Notes: generated by a model not told the origin, from the sequence alone. A DNA stretch of 64,000 nucleotides from Candidatus Methanosuratincola verstraetei (GCA_049570475.1 CP186953.1:832001-896000), one strand, 5' to 3'. Positions 1-9,401 are shown, counted from the stretch's first letter. Translations and numbers: made by a program.

Positions 1-183
1 GCGTCCTCCCGGCTGTTCATCGATGGCAGGGTCGCAAGCATTAATGTTGACGGCATGGAAATAGGCATCCTTGGGGAAATCCATCCCCAAATTTTAGTGA
101 ATTTTGGCATCTTTAATCCTGCTGTAGCAATGGAAGTAGATTTCACAAAATTGGTGCATTTAGAAAGTTTATTTCGGGGCTGA
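1..183 (+). CDS. pheT: Phenylalanyl-tRNA synthetase beta subunit, C-terminal fragment (5' end outside window)
   Basis: Frame 1 translates to ...FIDGRVASINVDGMEIGILGEIHPQILVNFGIFNPAVAMEVD...*; GEIHP motif of the archaeal PheRS beta C-terminus; TGA at 181-183. Confidence 0.85.
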   Translation, partial: ASSRLFIDGRVASINVDGMEIGILGEIHPQILVNFGIFNPAVAMEVDFTKLVHLESLFRG

Positions 184-216
184 GCAGATAATATAGTGCG
201 ATGAAGTGGGAGCTGA

Positions 217-317
217 GCGCAGCAGGACGAAATCGCGGGTAGAAGGAGTCAATCGAGAAGAGCGCAAGCTCAGCGATGAGTGCGACCTAACCCACACCCG
301 CAACAGTCCTGCTGTGT
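217..317 (+). ncRNA. Candidate structured small RNA with K-turn-like and ACA features (H/ACA-like)
   Basis: 12-bp stem 217-228/306-317; inner stem GCGGGT 235-240/ACCCGC 296-301 followed by ACA 303-305; GAGC-GCAA-GCTC GNRA hairpin 260-271 flanked by TCGA 253-256 and GCGATGA 273-279; ends in a T run. Confidence 0.45.
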
Positions 318-364
318 TTTCCAAGAATCAACTTAAATAGGTAAACTTGAAATTAATGGTCATT

Positions 365-465
365 GGCAGCCGCCGGACACTGCCCGGTGTAGAGAGCCCA
401 TCCGAGCGGGAAGGAATTTCCCTCAATGGGGTTGGGTGTTAGCATCGGGCTACACGGTGGCTGCC
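365..465 (+). ncRNA. Candidate structured RNA / tyrS 5' leader
   Basis: GC-rich; stem 365-374/456-465 stacked on GTGTAG 387-392/CTACAC 450-455 and CCC/GGG; inner GGGAA/TTCCC hairpin; TATA-like TTAAATA at 333-339. Confidence 0.45.
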
Positions 466-484
466 GTCTAGGCTGGTATAGGAT

Positions 485-1549
485 ATGGATGTAGAGTCAA
501 GGGTTGATCTGATATCAAGGAACGCTCTTGAAATAATCACAAGGGAGGATGCAATAACAGCATTACAAACATCCTCGTCTCCAAAGGGATACATCGGGGT
601 TGAGCCATCAGGGCTCTTCCATTTAGGGTGGCTAATCTGGGTGAACAAGTTTAGGGATATGATGAAAGCCGGAATCAAGATGACCCTCTTGGAAGCGACT
701 TGGCATGCCTGGATCAACGACAAATTCGGCGGGGACCTCAAAAAAATCCATGCTTGCGCAAAATATATCGAGCATTCCTTAACGGCGCTAGGGATAGACC
801 TATCCGAAGTAAATATCGTAAAGGCGGATGCGCTTGTTGAGGACAAAGCATACTGGGAGGGCATATTGAGAACGGCAAAGCAGCTTTCCCTGTCTAGGAT
901 TAAAAGGGCTGTTACAATTATGGGGAGAAAGGAGGATGAAGCTTCGATCGACTTCTCAAAGCTAATATACCCTTGCATGCAGGTAGAGGACATCTTTTAC
1001 CTGGATCTGGATTTCTGCTTGGGTGGGATGGATCAGAGGCGTGCACATGTACTCGCAAGGGAGGTGGCTGAGGCTTATTCCATCAAAAAGCCGGTAGCTG
1101 TGCACACGCCGCTTCTCTCTGCTCTCCAAGGTGGAGGCAGGATGGATGTAATAGGGGACGAGGAGGGCATTATAGATATGAAGATGAGCAAATCGAAGCC
1201 TGACACTTGCATATTCATTCATGATTCGCCAGAACAAATACGATCGAAGATAGCCTCTGCCTACTGCCCGCCAAAGACGATTGAGATGAATCCTGTATTG
1301 GACATCGCTAAATACATACTCATGTGGGATCGCTCCTTTGAGCTATCGCGCCCAGCAAAATACGGGGGCAACATCTCTTTTGAAACACAGAATGAGCTAA
1401 TTGAGTCATACAGGGCAGGTCTTGTTCATCCTCTTGACCTGAAAAATGGCGTCTCCGATGGGCTCATATCGCTCTTGGACCCCGTTAGGCGGTACTTCAG
1501 CTCCAACACTGAAGCATCTGATCTGTTGCGCCTTCTCTGTCCGAGATAG
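485..1549 (+). CDS. tyrS: Tyrosyl-tRNA synthetase
   Basis: YIGVEPSGLFHLG (HIGH-like), YPCMQVED, GGMDQR, KMSKS motifs. Confidence 0.97.
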   Translation: MDVESRVDLISRNALEIITREDAITALQTSSSPKGYIGVEPSGLFHLGWLIWVNKFRDMMKAGIKMTLLEATWHAWINDKFGGDLKKIHACAKYIEHSLTALGIDLSEVNIVKADALVEDKAYWEGILRTAKQLSLSRIKRAVTIMGRKEDEASIDFSKLIYPCMQVEDIFYLDLDFCLGGMDQRRAHVLAREVAEAYSIKKPVAVHTPLLSALQGGGRMDVIGDEEGIIDMKMSKSKPDTCIFIHDSPEQIRSKIASAYCPPKTIEMNPVLDIAKYILMWDRSFELSRPAKYGGNISFETQNELIESYRAGLVHPLDLKNGVSDGLISLLDPVRRYFSSNTEASDLLRLLCPR

Positions 1550-1702
1550 CAAGGTTTTTAAGTTAATTGTTTTTTTATGAATTTGAACAATGTTATAGAG
1601 TGGATAAGGAGTCTTGTTTCACATGAAGTTCACTTATTTACAGAACAATAATTCCGCCGCCTTTGGCCTGGATACGGCCTGATTTTTTGGGGGGCATGGT
1701 AT

Positions 1703-2989
1703 ATGGGCGGCACGCCAACAACTGCAAAGTATACTATTTACGCAAATATTGAAATTGACGGAGTAGTTGACAAGCCTGACGTGATTGGGGCGATATTCGG
1801 CCAGACCGAGGGCCTTCTGGGGGAAGATTTGGATCTAAGAGAACTCCAGAAAAGTGGGCGAATCGGCAGGATACAGGTGGACATGGAATCGAAATCCGGA
1901 AAGTCATTCGGAGAGGTAGTCATTCCCTCAAGTTTGGATCGTGTGGAAACTGCCATTATTGCAGCAGCGATCGAGACTATCGACAAAGTTGGTCCCTGCA
2001 CGGCGCGGGTCGAGATCAAAAAAATTGAGGATGTCAGGGAAGAAAAGAGGCGCAAGATAATTGATAGGGCACGTGACATACTGATCCATTGGGAGACTGA
2101 AGGCGCATTCGAAATTAAGGAGCTGTCTGAGGAAATAATGAAGTCTGTCAGGGTCCATGCCATAGGCAAATACGGTCCTGACAATTTGCCATGCGGGCCA
2201 GATGTTGACAAGTCCGACACAGTCATCGTTACTGAGGGCCGTGCAGACGTGGTAAACATGCTTCGCCACGGGTACAAGAATGTAATAGGGATGGATGGCG
2301 CCTCAGTTCCAGACACAATTAAAGAACTAAGCAAGAAGAAAACAATTATCGCATTTGTGGACGGCGACCGGGGAGGGGAGCTGATCCTCCGCGAACTGTT
2401 CCAAGTTGCCGACATTGATTACGTCGCTAGAGCCCCCCCAGGGAAGGAAGTCGAGGACTTGACTGGGAAGGAGCTAGCAAAGTATCTGAGGGCGAAGATA
2501 CCTGCAGAACAATACCTGCTCATGATGGGCGAAAAGAAAAGAGATCACACCACTGAGGTCGAAGTCAAGCCAAAGCATTCCAAGGTCGAAGAGAAGGCTG
2601 TAAGCTTGCCCGAGCCGCAAAAGCCCGAAGTGGCAGAGACGCCTGAAAAACCTGAACCAGAGAAACCCGCGCCTCGTTTGGAAATCCCCGAGTCTGATCT
2701 TGAGAAGCTCCGTTCGTTGGTAAATGAGCTGCAGGGCAGTCTGGAAGGGGTCCTGACCGACGAGAATTGGGAAGTCAAGCAAAAAGTAGCAGTTCGTGAG
2801 CTTGCAGAGCTTTTGCAGAGCTCCGAGAGCAAGCCATTCGCAGTCATTTTCGACGGAGTGATAACACAGCGCCTTCTTGACATATCAAATAGCAAAGGGG
2901 TATCATATCTGGTTGGTGCAAGGATAGGAAACATCGCTAAGAGGCCCCAGAATATAAAAATCATGGTCTTCGACGATATTACAAAGTGA
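1703..2989 (+). CDS. dnaG: Archaeal DnaG-type primase / exosome-associated protein
   Basis: KPDVIGAIFGQTEGLLG N-terminus, TOPRIM EGRADV and DGDRGG motifs, C-terminal FDGVITQRLLD. Confidence 0.97.
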   Translation: MGGTPTTAKYTIYANIEIDGVVDKPDVIGAIFGQTEGLLGEDLDLRELQKSGRIGRIQVDMESKSGKSFGEVVIPSSLDRVETAIIAAAIETIDKVGPCTARVEIKKIEDVREEKRRKIIDRARDILIHWETEGAFEIKELSEEIMKSVRVHAIGKYGPDNLPCGPDVDKSDTVIVTEGRADVVNMLRHGYKNVIGMDGASVPDTIKELSKKKTIIAFVDGDRGGELILRELFQVADIDYVARAPPGKEVEDLTGKELAKYLRAKIPAEQYLLMMGEKKRDHTTEVEVKPKHSKVEEKAVSLPEPQKPEVAETPEKPEPEKPAPRLEIPESDLEKLRSLVNELQGSLEGVLTDENWEVKQKVAVRELAELLQSSESKPFAVIFDGVITQRLLDISNSKGVSYLVGARIGNIAKRPQNIKIMVFDDITK

Positions 2990-3425
2990 GCTCCATTACT
3001 TCAGCCGCTTCTCCGTCTTTATAATACCCTTTGATTTCTTTTTTTGTCTCAAATCCAAACTTCTGATAGAGTGACTTTGCCTCAAAATTGGACTTTCTTA
3101 CCTCCAAGACAATCTTTTTTACGCCCGATCCGGAGAGTCTTTCTATGAGCCCCCCCAGGAGGGCTTTGCCCACTCCGCGTCTTCTTTCTTTCTCTGCAAC
3201 TGCTATTGATATTATGTGCCCCAGCTCATCTTCCCTGAGTAGACCGATGGCATAACCGATGATCTCCATTCTAGAAACCGCTACAAGAATCGAACCTGGT
3301 AAAAAGAAGAAAGCCTTCAACAACCCACGCGGGTAAGGGTCTGGAAATGATTCTAACTCAATCTTGTAGATCGAATCCAAATCTTCAAGTCTGGCATCCC
3401 TTATATTGAACTCATAATCAGACAT
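2979..3425 (-). CDS. rimI: RimI/Ard1-family N-acetyltransferase
   Basis: GHIISIAV...RRRGVG, LEVRKSN, YYKDGE; ATG at 3425 preferred over 3446. Confidence 0.9.
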   Translation of the reverse strand: MSDYEFNIRDARLEDLDSIYKIELESFPDPYPRGLLKAFFFLPGSILVAVSRMEIIGYAIGLLREDELGHIISIAVAEKERRRGVGKALLGGLIERLSGSGVKKIVLEVRKSNFEAKSLYQKFGFETKKEIKGYYKDGEAAEVMELTL

Positions 3426-3484
3426 AGTGCGACAAGGAAAATTCAAAAGTGTTACAAATATCGTTATTGGAATGGTGCTGAAGT

Positions 3485-4555
3485 TTGCGAGTTATTGAGC
3501 TAGACAAGAAAAAAAGGTATGTGGAGCTGGAGGTGGAAGATGAAGACGACTTGTGGCACCTTTACAACATGATCGAAATGGGCGATCAGATCTGCGGAAA
3601 TACCACTCGTGAGATCAAAGTTACCAGAGGAGATCAGGAGGAACGCGTGGGTAGGAGGCGCGTTTTCCTATGTATTGTAGTTGAAGACACTGGAATTCAG
3701 AGCTTTACAGGAAAGCTCAGGGTAAGAGGTAAGATTGTTTCGGCTCCTGAAGACATGAACATACTCGGCTCTTACCATTCGTTTGCCTTAAGCCCGCGAG
3801 ATCGAGTCACTCTAGTTAAAGAGAATTGGACTTCATTCTTTGAAGAGCGCCTTGACAGGGCAGTAAAAAAATCGAGACCCAAGGTGATAGTAGTTACCTT
3901 GGACGATCAGGAAGCAACTATTTACATTATAAAGGATTATGAAGTGCATGAAGTAGTTTCAATCGCTTCTAATATTCCTGGAAAGTACTTGGAGACTGCT
4001 GACAGGGGCTCTTTAAGATCAAAATACTTCAATTCAATAGAAGAGGAATTGATGAGAACAGTCAAGGACGGAACATACACCATCGTACTTGCCGGCCCTG
4101 GCTTTACAAAAAATGAGTTTGGGAAATACCTGAAGGATAAGCACCGCGCACTAAACATCTTTGAGGAATCCACATCGAGTGTCGGGGCGCCTGGTGTAAG
4201 AGAGGTAATGAGCAGGGGCACACTATCCAAAATATTGGAAGATACGCTTATAGTCCGTGATTCGAGGCTTGTTGACGAGCTGTTGTCTCGCCTTTCTAAA
4301 GATCCAAGGCTAGTTGCCTATGGCTTTGGTGAGGTTGAGAAAAGCGTCAACGCCGGTGCTGTCGAGACTCTATTGGTTTCTGATCGGCTGATAAAGACCG
4401 TGTCTTTGAACGAGAAAAAAAAGCTGGAAGAGCTTTGCAAGAACGCCGAGAAGTATGGCGGTAGGGTGTTCTTCATTGGGAGTGAACATGAAAAAGGTTC
4501 TCAGCTATATAATTTGGGCGGCGTGGCTGCTTTGCTACGCTTCCAAGTCAACTAA
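3485..4555 (+). CDS. pelA: Pelota/Dom34 ribosome rescue factor
   Basis: EDDLWHLYN, LAGPGF, VAYG, LGGVAALLRF motifs. Confidence 0.96.
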   Translation: MRVIELDKKKRYVELEVEDEDDLWHLYNMIEMGDQICGNTTREIKVTRGDQEERVGRRRVFLCIVVEDTGIQSFTGKLRVRGKIVSAPEDMNILGSYHSFALSPRDRVTLVKENWTSFFEERLDRAVKKSRPKVIVVTLDDQEATIYIIKDYEVHEVVSIASNIPGKYLETADRGSLRSKYFNSIEEELMRTVKDGTYTIVLAGPGFTKNEFGKYLKDKHRALNIFEESTSSVGAPGVREVMSRGTLSKILEDTLIVRDSRLVDELLSRLSKDPRLVAYGFGEVEKSVNAGAVETLLVSDRLIKTVSLNEKKKLEELCKNAEKYGGRVFFIGSEHEKGSQLYNLGGVAALLRFQVN

Positions 4556-5586
4556 CAAGGAAATCCCGCAAATTTTTCCCTAAAAAATGTTGGGTAAGAT
4601 TGGACGTACTCGAAGGTTGCATCTTTAAGAAATCTCTTTGCCGTCTCAAGAAATTTTCTGTGCATCTCTAGAGATCTTCCATCTTCTGATACCCCGAGGG
4701 CATAGAGCGGAATCCCGGCAAATTCGTGAAGCTTCCTCCTAAGATCCCGGGGGTTGCCCGAGTCCGTCTTTATTACCACCCTGCCAACAAGACCGTCACC
4801 TGAAATTTCTTCGTACGGTCTACGGACATTTCTTGCCCTTCTGAGAAGCCTCTTCTTCGTTTGAATCGAATCTTTCACGTAGCTCGGGCAGTAGTGAATA
4901 GGAAATGAAATGCCTTCAGTCTTGGCCCATTTTATTATGTTTATGGCAGTTTCTTCGCTACCCATTACAGCAGACATTTCGCCCTTTTCCAGAGAATGCC
5001 CGCGTTGCTTCAACTGAATAGCATTCTCTGGGGAGAATTCCAATTGGTTCAAATTTAGGAAGTCTGCTTTTATCTCCTTTAGATATTTTACAAACTCCTT
5101 TATCTTTTCTTCTTCCCCTGGTATTGCTGGCAACTCTGCTCCTGCATACATCCCGATCTCCTTCGCGGCAGCTATCCTTCCCCAGAATTCCCTGCTTGGG
5201 TGGAACCTAATCTCGTCAAGTCCAGCATCCTTGAGTTGTTTCAACACGTCTCTTTCTGCAAACATTCCGTTGGTATACAGATGAATATGGTGCTCGCGAC
5301 CAAACTCTCTTTTTAGCAGTCTCACATATTTCAAGGTCCTTCTTGCCTTGATTAGGGGGTCTCCTCCCGTGATCCCAGTTCCTTCTGCGTCAATTGCTTT
5401 ACATTCGAGTATAATCTCGAGATCGTTTTTTATGGGCACTTCGTCCGCGTAAATCACATCTTTGTCCTTCCTGGAAGCGCTCAGCGGGCAATAGAAGCAG
5501 CCCTTGCCGCAAATCCCGGTGACAAACAGCACCATCTTGCTCCCTTTCAAACATAATTCGCAACCCTTCGGGAGTCCTTCTGCCAT
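4552..5586 (-). CDS. Uncharacterised archaeal radical SAM protein
   Basis: CxxxCxxC (CGKGCFYC), extra N-terminal CxxC, TGGDP, GLDEIRFHP. Confidence 0.88.
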   Translation of the reverse strand: MAEGLPKGCELCLKGSKMVLFVTGICGKGCFYCPLSASRKDKDVIYADEVPIKNDLEIILECKAIDAEGTGITGGDPLIKARRTLKYVRLLKREFGREHHIHLYTNGMFAERDVLKQLKDAGLDEIRFHPSREFWGRIAAAKEIGMYAGAELPAIPGEEEKIKEFVKYLKEIKADFLNLNQLEFSPENAIQLKQRGHSLEKGEMSAVMGSEETAINIIKWAKTEGISFPIHYCPSYVKDSIQTKKRLLRRARNVRRPYEEISGDGLVGRVVIKTDSGNPRDLRRKLHEFAGIPLYALGVSEDGRSLEMHRKFLETAKRFLKDATFEYVQSYPTFFREKFAGFPC

Positions 5587-5634
5587 GGTTGATAAGTGCG
5601 TGCTTAGGATATTAAAACTGCTGGGATTTGATCT

Positions 5635-5970
5635 TCAAAGAAGTATTTCCGAAACAATTGCCATTGCGATGGCACCGATTATCAGCTTCTTTCCGGTATA
5701 GCGCGAGAAGCCCGATGCCCACATAACAAACCCCGCCAATCCTACTGCAAAATAAATGGTTTTCAATACATGCTTCATAAATCCAACTATTGTTGAAGCA
5801 AACCACTCTAGGTTAGATTGAAAAAAATTCAGCCAATCGCCAACCACGCTATGAAACCTTTCCTGGAGCTCTTCACTAGAGTTCTCCTCGCCTTTGACCC
5901 CCATTAGGCATGCTGAGAAGGAAATGATTGCAAACAAGCTAATTGCCAAGGCTACACGCATACCGTACAT
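5635..5970 (-). CDS. Small membrane protein, possibly VirB2/TrbC/CedA1-like pilin
   Basis: Signal-peptide-like N-terminus, amphipathic helix, two hydrophobic helices joined by a G..R..GKK loop. Confidence 0.6.
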   Translation of the reverse strand: MYGMRVALAISLFAIISFSACLMGVKGEENSSEELQERFHSVVGDWLNFFQSNLEWFASTIVGFMKHVLKTIYFAVGLAGFVMWASGFSRYTGKKLIIGAIAMAIVSEILL

Positions 5971-6102
5971 TTATTGCCCCCGAAAACTGCCTCCATATTT
6001 AATACTGGAGGTCAATACTGATTTTTGCGAATCGTTCCCAACACGCCATAGATGGGTCGTGCAATTACGGTTTATTTTTGAAACCCCTAAATATGGACAA
6101 AA

Positions 6103-6828
6103 TCATCTTTTGCAGCGCTGTTGAAGTAGCCTCCTAAGGCTTGGGTCTTTGGATAGGCGTTCTGATAACGCCCCCTCGAAAGTTTCGTTCTCTTGGAGGA
6201 TCCTTTTGAAAAAAATCCCAGTCCTACCTATCTGATCCCTCCTTGTAAGGACCCTGACCCTTTCAAGCACTACTTCGAGGCTGACCCCCACAATCTTGGC
6301 CGCCTCTGCTTCATATGAGAGGATTGATCTTTCGGTGTGACCATAGTCTGTGGGGACGATGAGCATAAGTCTCTTGTCGATTCCTGGCACCCTCAATCCG
6401 GCTTCAATTTCCGAGATGCCTGCTTCTCCACCGAATTTGTAGAACTCTCTCTCCTTGCCTCTCATGGGGATGAGCGGGAAAGTGACCTTGAGCGTCTGAT
6501 CGATGTAGATTGTGGCCTTCACTGTGTGGACTGGAGTCGCTTGGCTCAACTCCCTGCTCTCTATTTGAAACCCGCCTTTTGTCAGCGCCTCTTCTATTAT
6601 GAACGACTGAGCCACCTCTGGAATTATTATGTCGATATCGCTCTTGGGATTCACGTCGCCCCTGGCTACGCTGCCATGCACCCTCCCCTCAAGACCGTGC
6701 TTACAAAGTGCACTCATAACGCTCAATGCTTTTGATCTAAGTCTCCCCAATAATTCCCAGTGGGCTCTGTCATAGATGACTTCTCTGGACTGATACGCAG
6801 GCGCGACTTTCTTTGCCATTCCCGTCAC
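6103..6828 (-). CDS. Predicted nucleotidyltransferase (Pol-beta fold)
   Basis: GSVARGDV...SDIDI signature; RVPGIDKRL. Confidence 0.85.
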   Translation of the reverse strand: MTGMAKKVAPAYQSREVIYDRAHWELLGRLRSKALSVMSALCKHGLEGRVHGSVARGDVNPKSDIDIIIPEVAQSFIIEEALTKGGFQIESRELSQATPVHTVKATIYIDQTLKVTFPLIPMRGKEREFYKFGGEAGISEIEAGLRVPGIDKRLMLIVPTDYGHTERSILSYEAEAAKIVGVSLEVVLERVRVLTRRDQIGRTGIFFKRILQENETFEGALSERLSKDPSLRRLLQQRCKR

Positions 6829-7140
6829 TCATTCTACATTAGAGCTAATCCAGTCCAAATACCCCTCGAGCCCTTCAGAAATGTCGAGCGCTATTATCTC
6901 TGGCAATTCGTAGCTGTGGAGCTCAAGCACCCTCCTCTTCATCTTTTCGAAGACCCTTTGTTCAGTCTTTACTAATAGAATGAATTCAGTGCTCTCTTCG
7001 ACCCTATCCTTCCATCTGTAAACCGATCTCATTGAAGGGAGTATGTTGACGCAAGCCGCTAATCTTTCCCCAACCAGCCTTCTTGCAATCTCTTCGGCCT
7101 GTTTCAAATCTCCGACAGTTATAATAGAGACGATACTCAT
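6829..7140 (-). CDS. cutA: Divalent-cation tolerance protein CutA
   Basis: LAACVNI, SVYRW, HSYELPEI. Confidence 0.95.
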   Translation of the reverse strand: MSIVSIITVGDLKQAEEIARRLVGERLAACVNILPSMRSVYRWKDRVEESTEFILLVKTEQRVFEKMKRRVLELHSYELPEIIALDISEGLEGYLDWISSNVE

Positions 7141-7197
7141 CGACTATCACTGAATGCTATGTTGTAGATCCGTTCTAATATTGTTGGGGGATTTCAT

Positions 7198-8367
7198 TTG
7201 GAGTCTTGGGTTGTTTTTTTGGCTGCACTGCTGTCCTTCTGGTCAATTGTTTATATTGGCAGGCAGTTTCTCCCAAAAAGTTTCGAGATACATCCCTTCC
7301 TGATCATGTGGAGGACAACAAGGTTCAATTCTTTTATAGATAGAGTCGGGCGTGCTCTCCGTTCGTTTTGGAGGGTATTCTGGACTTTGGGTGTCGCCCT
7401 CTCGATAGGCGGAATGGTCTATATCACGTACATTTTGGGAAGGAACCTCTTCTACATCTTCTTCAAGACTGAATCTGCGACCCCTGTCTCGCCCCTTATT
7501 CCCGGAATCACGCTCTCTCTGAACTTCAACACACTGTTCTTTTTCGGCTTGTCTTTGGCGATAATTATCGTATTCCATGAATTCTCCCATGGCGTGGCTG
7601 CAAGGGCGGAGAATATAAAAGTCAAAAGCACCGGGCTCCTCCTACTTGCAGTGATCCCTGGAGCGTTCGTGGAACCTGATGAGGAAGACCTCAACAAGGC
7701 CAAGAAATCTGCCCAAGCCCGCGTCTTCAGCGCGGGTTCTACAGCTAACATACTGATGGGTCTGTTGGCTTTGGTTCTTCTAACCAACTCGAATTTGGTG
7801 ATCGCGCCGATTTACAATCCCGATCCAACTGGTATCCAAATTACTGAAATAGTGGCTGGTTCTCCCGCGGACGGCGTTCTGAGGAATTGGGACATAATCA
7901 TAAGCATAAATGGTTCTCCTGTTAAAGATGCAGAGTCTCTGTCAACGACACTTTCCGAAATACCGCCAAACTCTACGGTCCCGTTCTCTATAATTCGTGA
8001 CGGGAAAAATATCGAGATCAACTTTACGCTCGGACAATCCCCTACACGGAACGCCTCATACATTGGGATAAACTCATTCCCATACTACGTGCCTAAATTC
8101 CCATTTGTCCCTCCAATGGGTTCTTTCTACATTCTCGGTTCCCTCTCCTGGTTTTACCTGCTCTCGATAAACATTGGTCTAATCAATATGATGCCCGTTA
8201 CAGGTCTAGACGGTGACAAACTTGCGACAATACTGCTTAGGTCGATGTTCAAGAATGAAAAAATGGCGATTCAACTGTCAAATATGGTCAGATGGGCATG
8301 CCTTATAATCTTAGTCCTAAATATATCGATGAGTTTTGTTCTATTCCCCTCATTCAAATTCGGATAG
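7198..8367 (+). CDS. Site-2 protease (M50) with PDZ domain
   Basis: HEFSH zinc motif, GAFVEP, PDZ (GSPA..DIIISING), NMMPVTGLDG. Confidence 0.93.
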   Translation: MESWVVFLAALLSFWSIVYIGRQFLPKSFEIHPFLIMWRTTRFNSFIDRVGRALRSFWRVFWTLGVALSIGGMVYITYILGRNLFYIFFKTESATPVSPLIPGITLSLNFNTLFFFGLSLAIIIVFHEFSHGVAARAENIKVKSTGLLLLAVIPGAFVEPDEEDLNKAKKSAQARVFSAGSTANILMGLLALVLLTNSNLVIAPIYNPDPTGIQITEIVAGSPADGVLRNWDIIISINGSPVKDAESLSTTLSEIPPNSTVPFSIIRDGKNIEINFTLGQSPTRNASYIGINSFPYYVPKFPFVPPMGSFYILGSLSWFYLLSINIGLINMMPVTGLDGDKLATILLRSMFKNEKMAIQLSNMVRWACLIILVLNISMSFVLFPSFKFG

Positions 8368-8386
8368 ACGGTTAGGTGAGCAATCA

Positions 8387-9328
8387 ATGCCTTCAGAGTG
8401 CAGGTGCGGAAGGCCTTCTTTTTATTTCAGGAGGCAGTCTGGAGAAGCCCTCTGCAAACGCTGCTTTACCAGGAGCGTCGAGAGGACCGCCTTCAAGACA
8501 ATAAAAAAAGAGGGACTTTTCACGCCCGATGACAGGATCATGATCGCCCTATCAGGAGGGAAAGACAGCATTGCCTTGGCTCACATACTTTCAAAGATCG
8601 AGAAAAGGTATGGCGCTGAACTTTTTGCTGTTACAATAGACGAGGGGGTTCGGGGATACAGGGAGGAAGGCATTGGTATAGCAAGGGAAGTTGCCAGAAG
8701 GCTCGGACTCGAGCACTATGTATTCACGTTCAAGGATGCCTATGGCTACACCCTCGAAGAGATATGCGAGATCGCGAAATCCAAGAGCATCCAGCTTTTG
8801 GGGTGCAGCTTCTGCGGGATACTCAGGAGGAGGTTGCTGAATGACCTGGCGTTAAAATTGGGCGCAACCAAGGTTGCAACCGGGCATAACCTTGACGACG
8901 AAGCTCAGACTTTCTTGATCAATCTGTTCCGTGGGGATGTTGATCGGATTGGCAGGGCAGGCGCAAGGCCTCTTGTCACGAGGGAGGGTTTCATCCCCCG
9001 GGTCAAGCCATTGCGCTATATCCCAGAAAAAGAGATTGCTGTTTATGTTTATGCGAAGGGTTACGACCTCTACCAGAGGGAATGCCCATATGTAAGGGCA
9101 TCATTAAGGGACGAAATAAGAGACATTTTGAATCGCCTCGAAGCTGACCATCCTGGCACAAAGCACTCAATAGTGAACGTCTCAGATTCGCTTTCAAAGT
9201 TGCTTGAGGAAAAAACAATCGCCTCAAAAATGGAGCGATGCACAATCTGCGGCTCACCATCTAGCAGGAGAATGTGTCGTGCCTGCGAAGTATTCTCGCT
9301 TTTGGGGATTGACAGAAGTGCTATTTGA
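8387..9328 (+). CDS. ncsA: tRNA 2-thiouridine synthesis protein NcsA/TtuA/Ctu1
   Basis: PP-loop SGGKDS, CSFC, TGHNLDD, CPY, terminal Zn fingers; ATG at 8387 follows AGGTGAG. Confidence 0.9.
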   Translation: MPSECRCGRPSFYFRRQSGEALCKRCFTRSVERTAFKTIKKEGLFTPDDRIMIALSGGKDSIALAHILSKIEKRYGAELFAVTIDEGVRGYREEGIGIAREVARRLGLEHYVFTFKDAYGYTLEEICEIAKSKSIQLLGCSFCGILRRRLLNDLALKLGATKVATGHNLDDEAQTFLINLFRGDVDRIGRAGARPLVTREGFIPRVKPLRYIPEKEIAVYVYAKGYDLYQRECPYVRASLRDEIRDILNRLEADHPGTKHSIVNVSDSLSKLLEEKTIASKMERCTICGSPSSRRMCRACEVFSLLGIDRSAI

Positions 9329-9401
9329 ATAAAAAAGCATTGACTGAAAACCAGTCTGCTTATGCGATATGCTGATAAACCACTTAGTGAATGAATCAAA
9401 T

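Noticed and set aside
196-317. TPP riboswitch, cobalamin riboswitch or hammerhead ribozyme (GGGAGCTGAG, CCCGCAAC, AGGACGAAA fragments)
   Set aside because: The required partner motifs (CCTGAT..GCGNAGG, GGGAA..B12 box, CTGANGA core with NUH) are missing or out of order
365-465. 5S rRNA (reverse strand contains AACACCC and the size is similar)
   Set aside because: Lacks the conserved CGAAC and GAAGTTAAG elements and the 5S helix layout
1578-1652. 24-codon upstream ORF before dnaG
   Set aside because: No SD, starts too close to the likely TATA box, no recognisable motif
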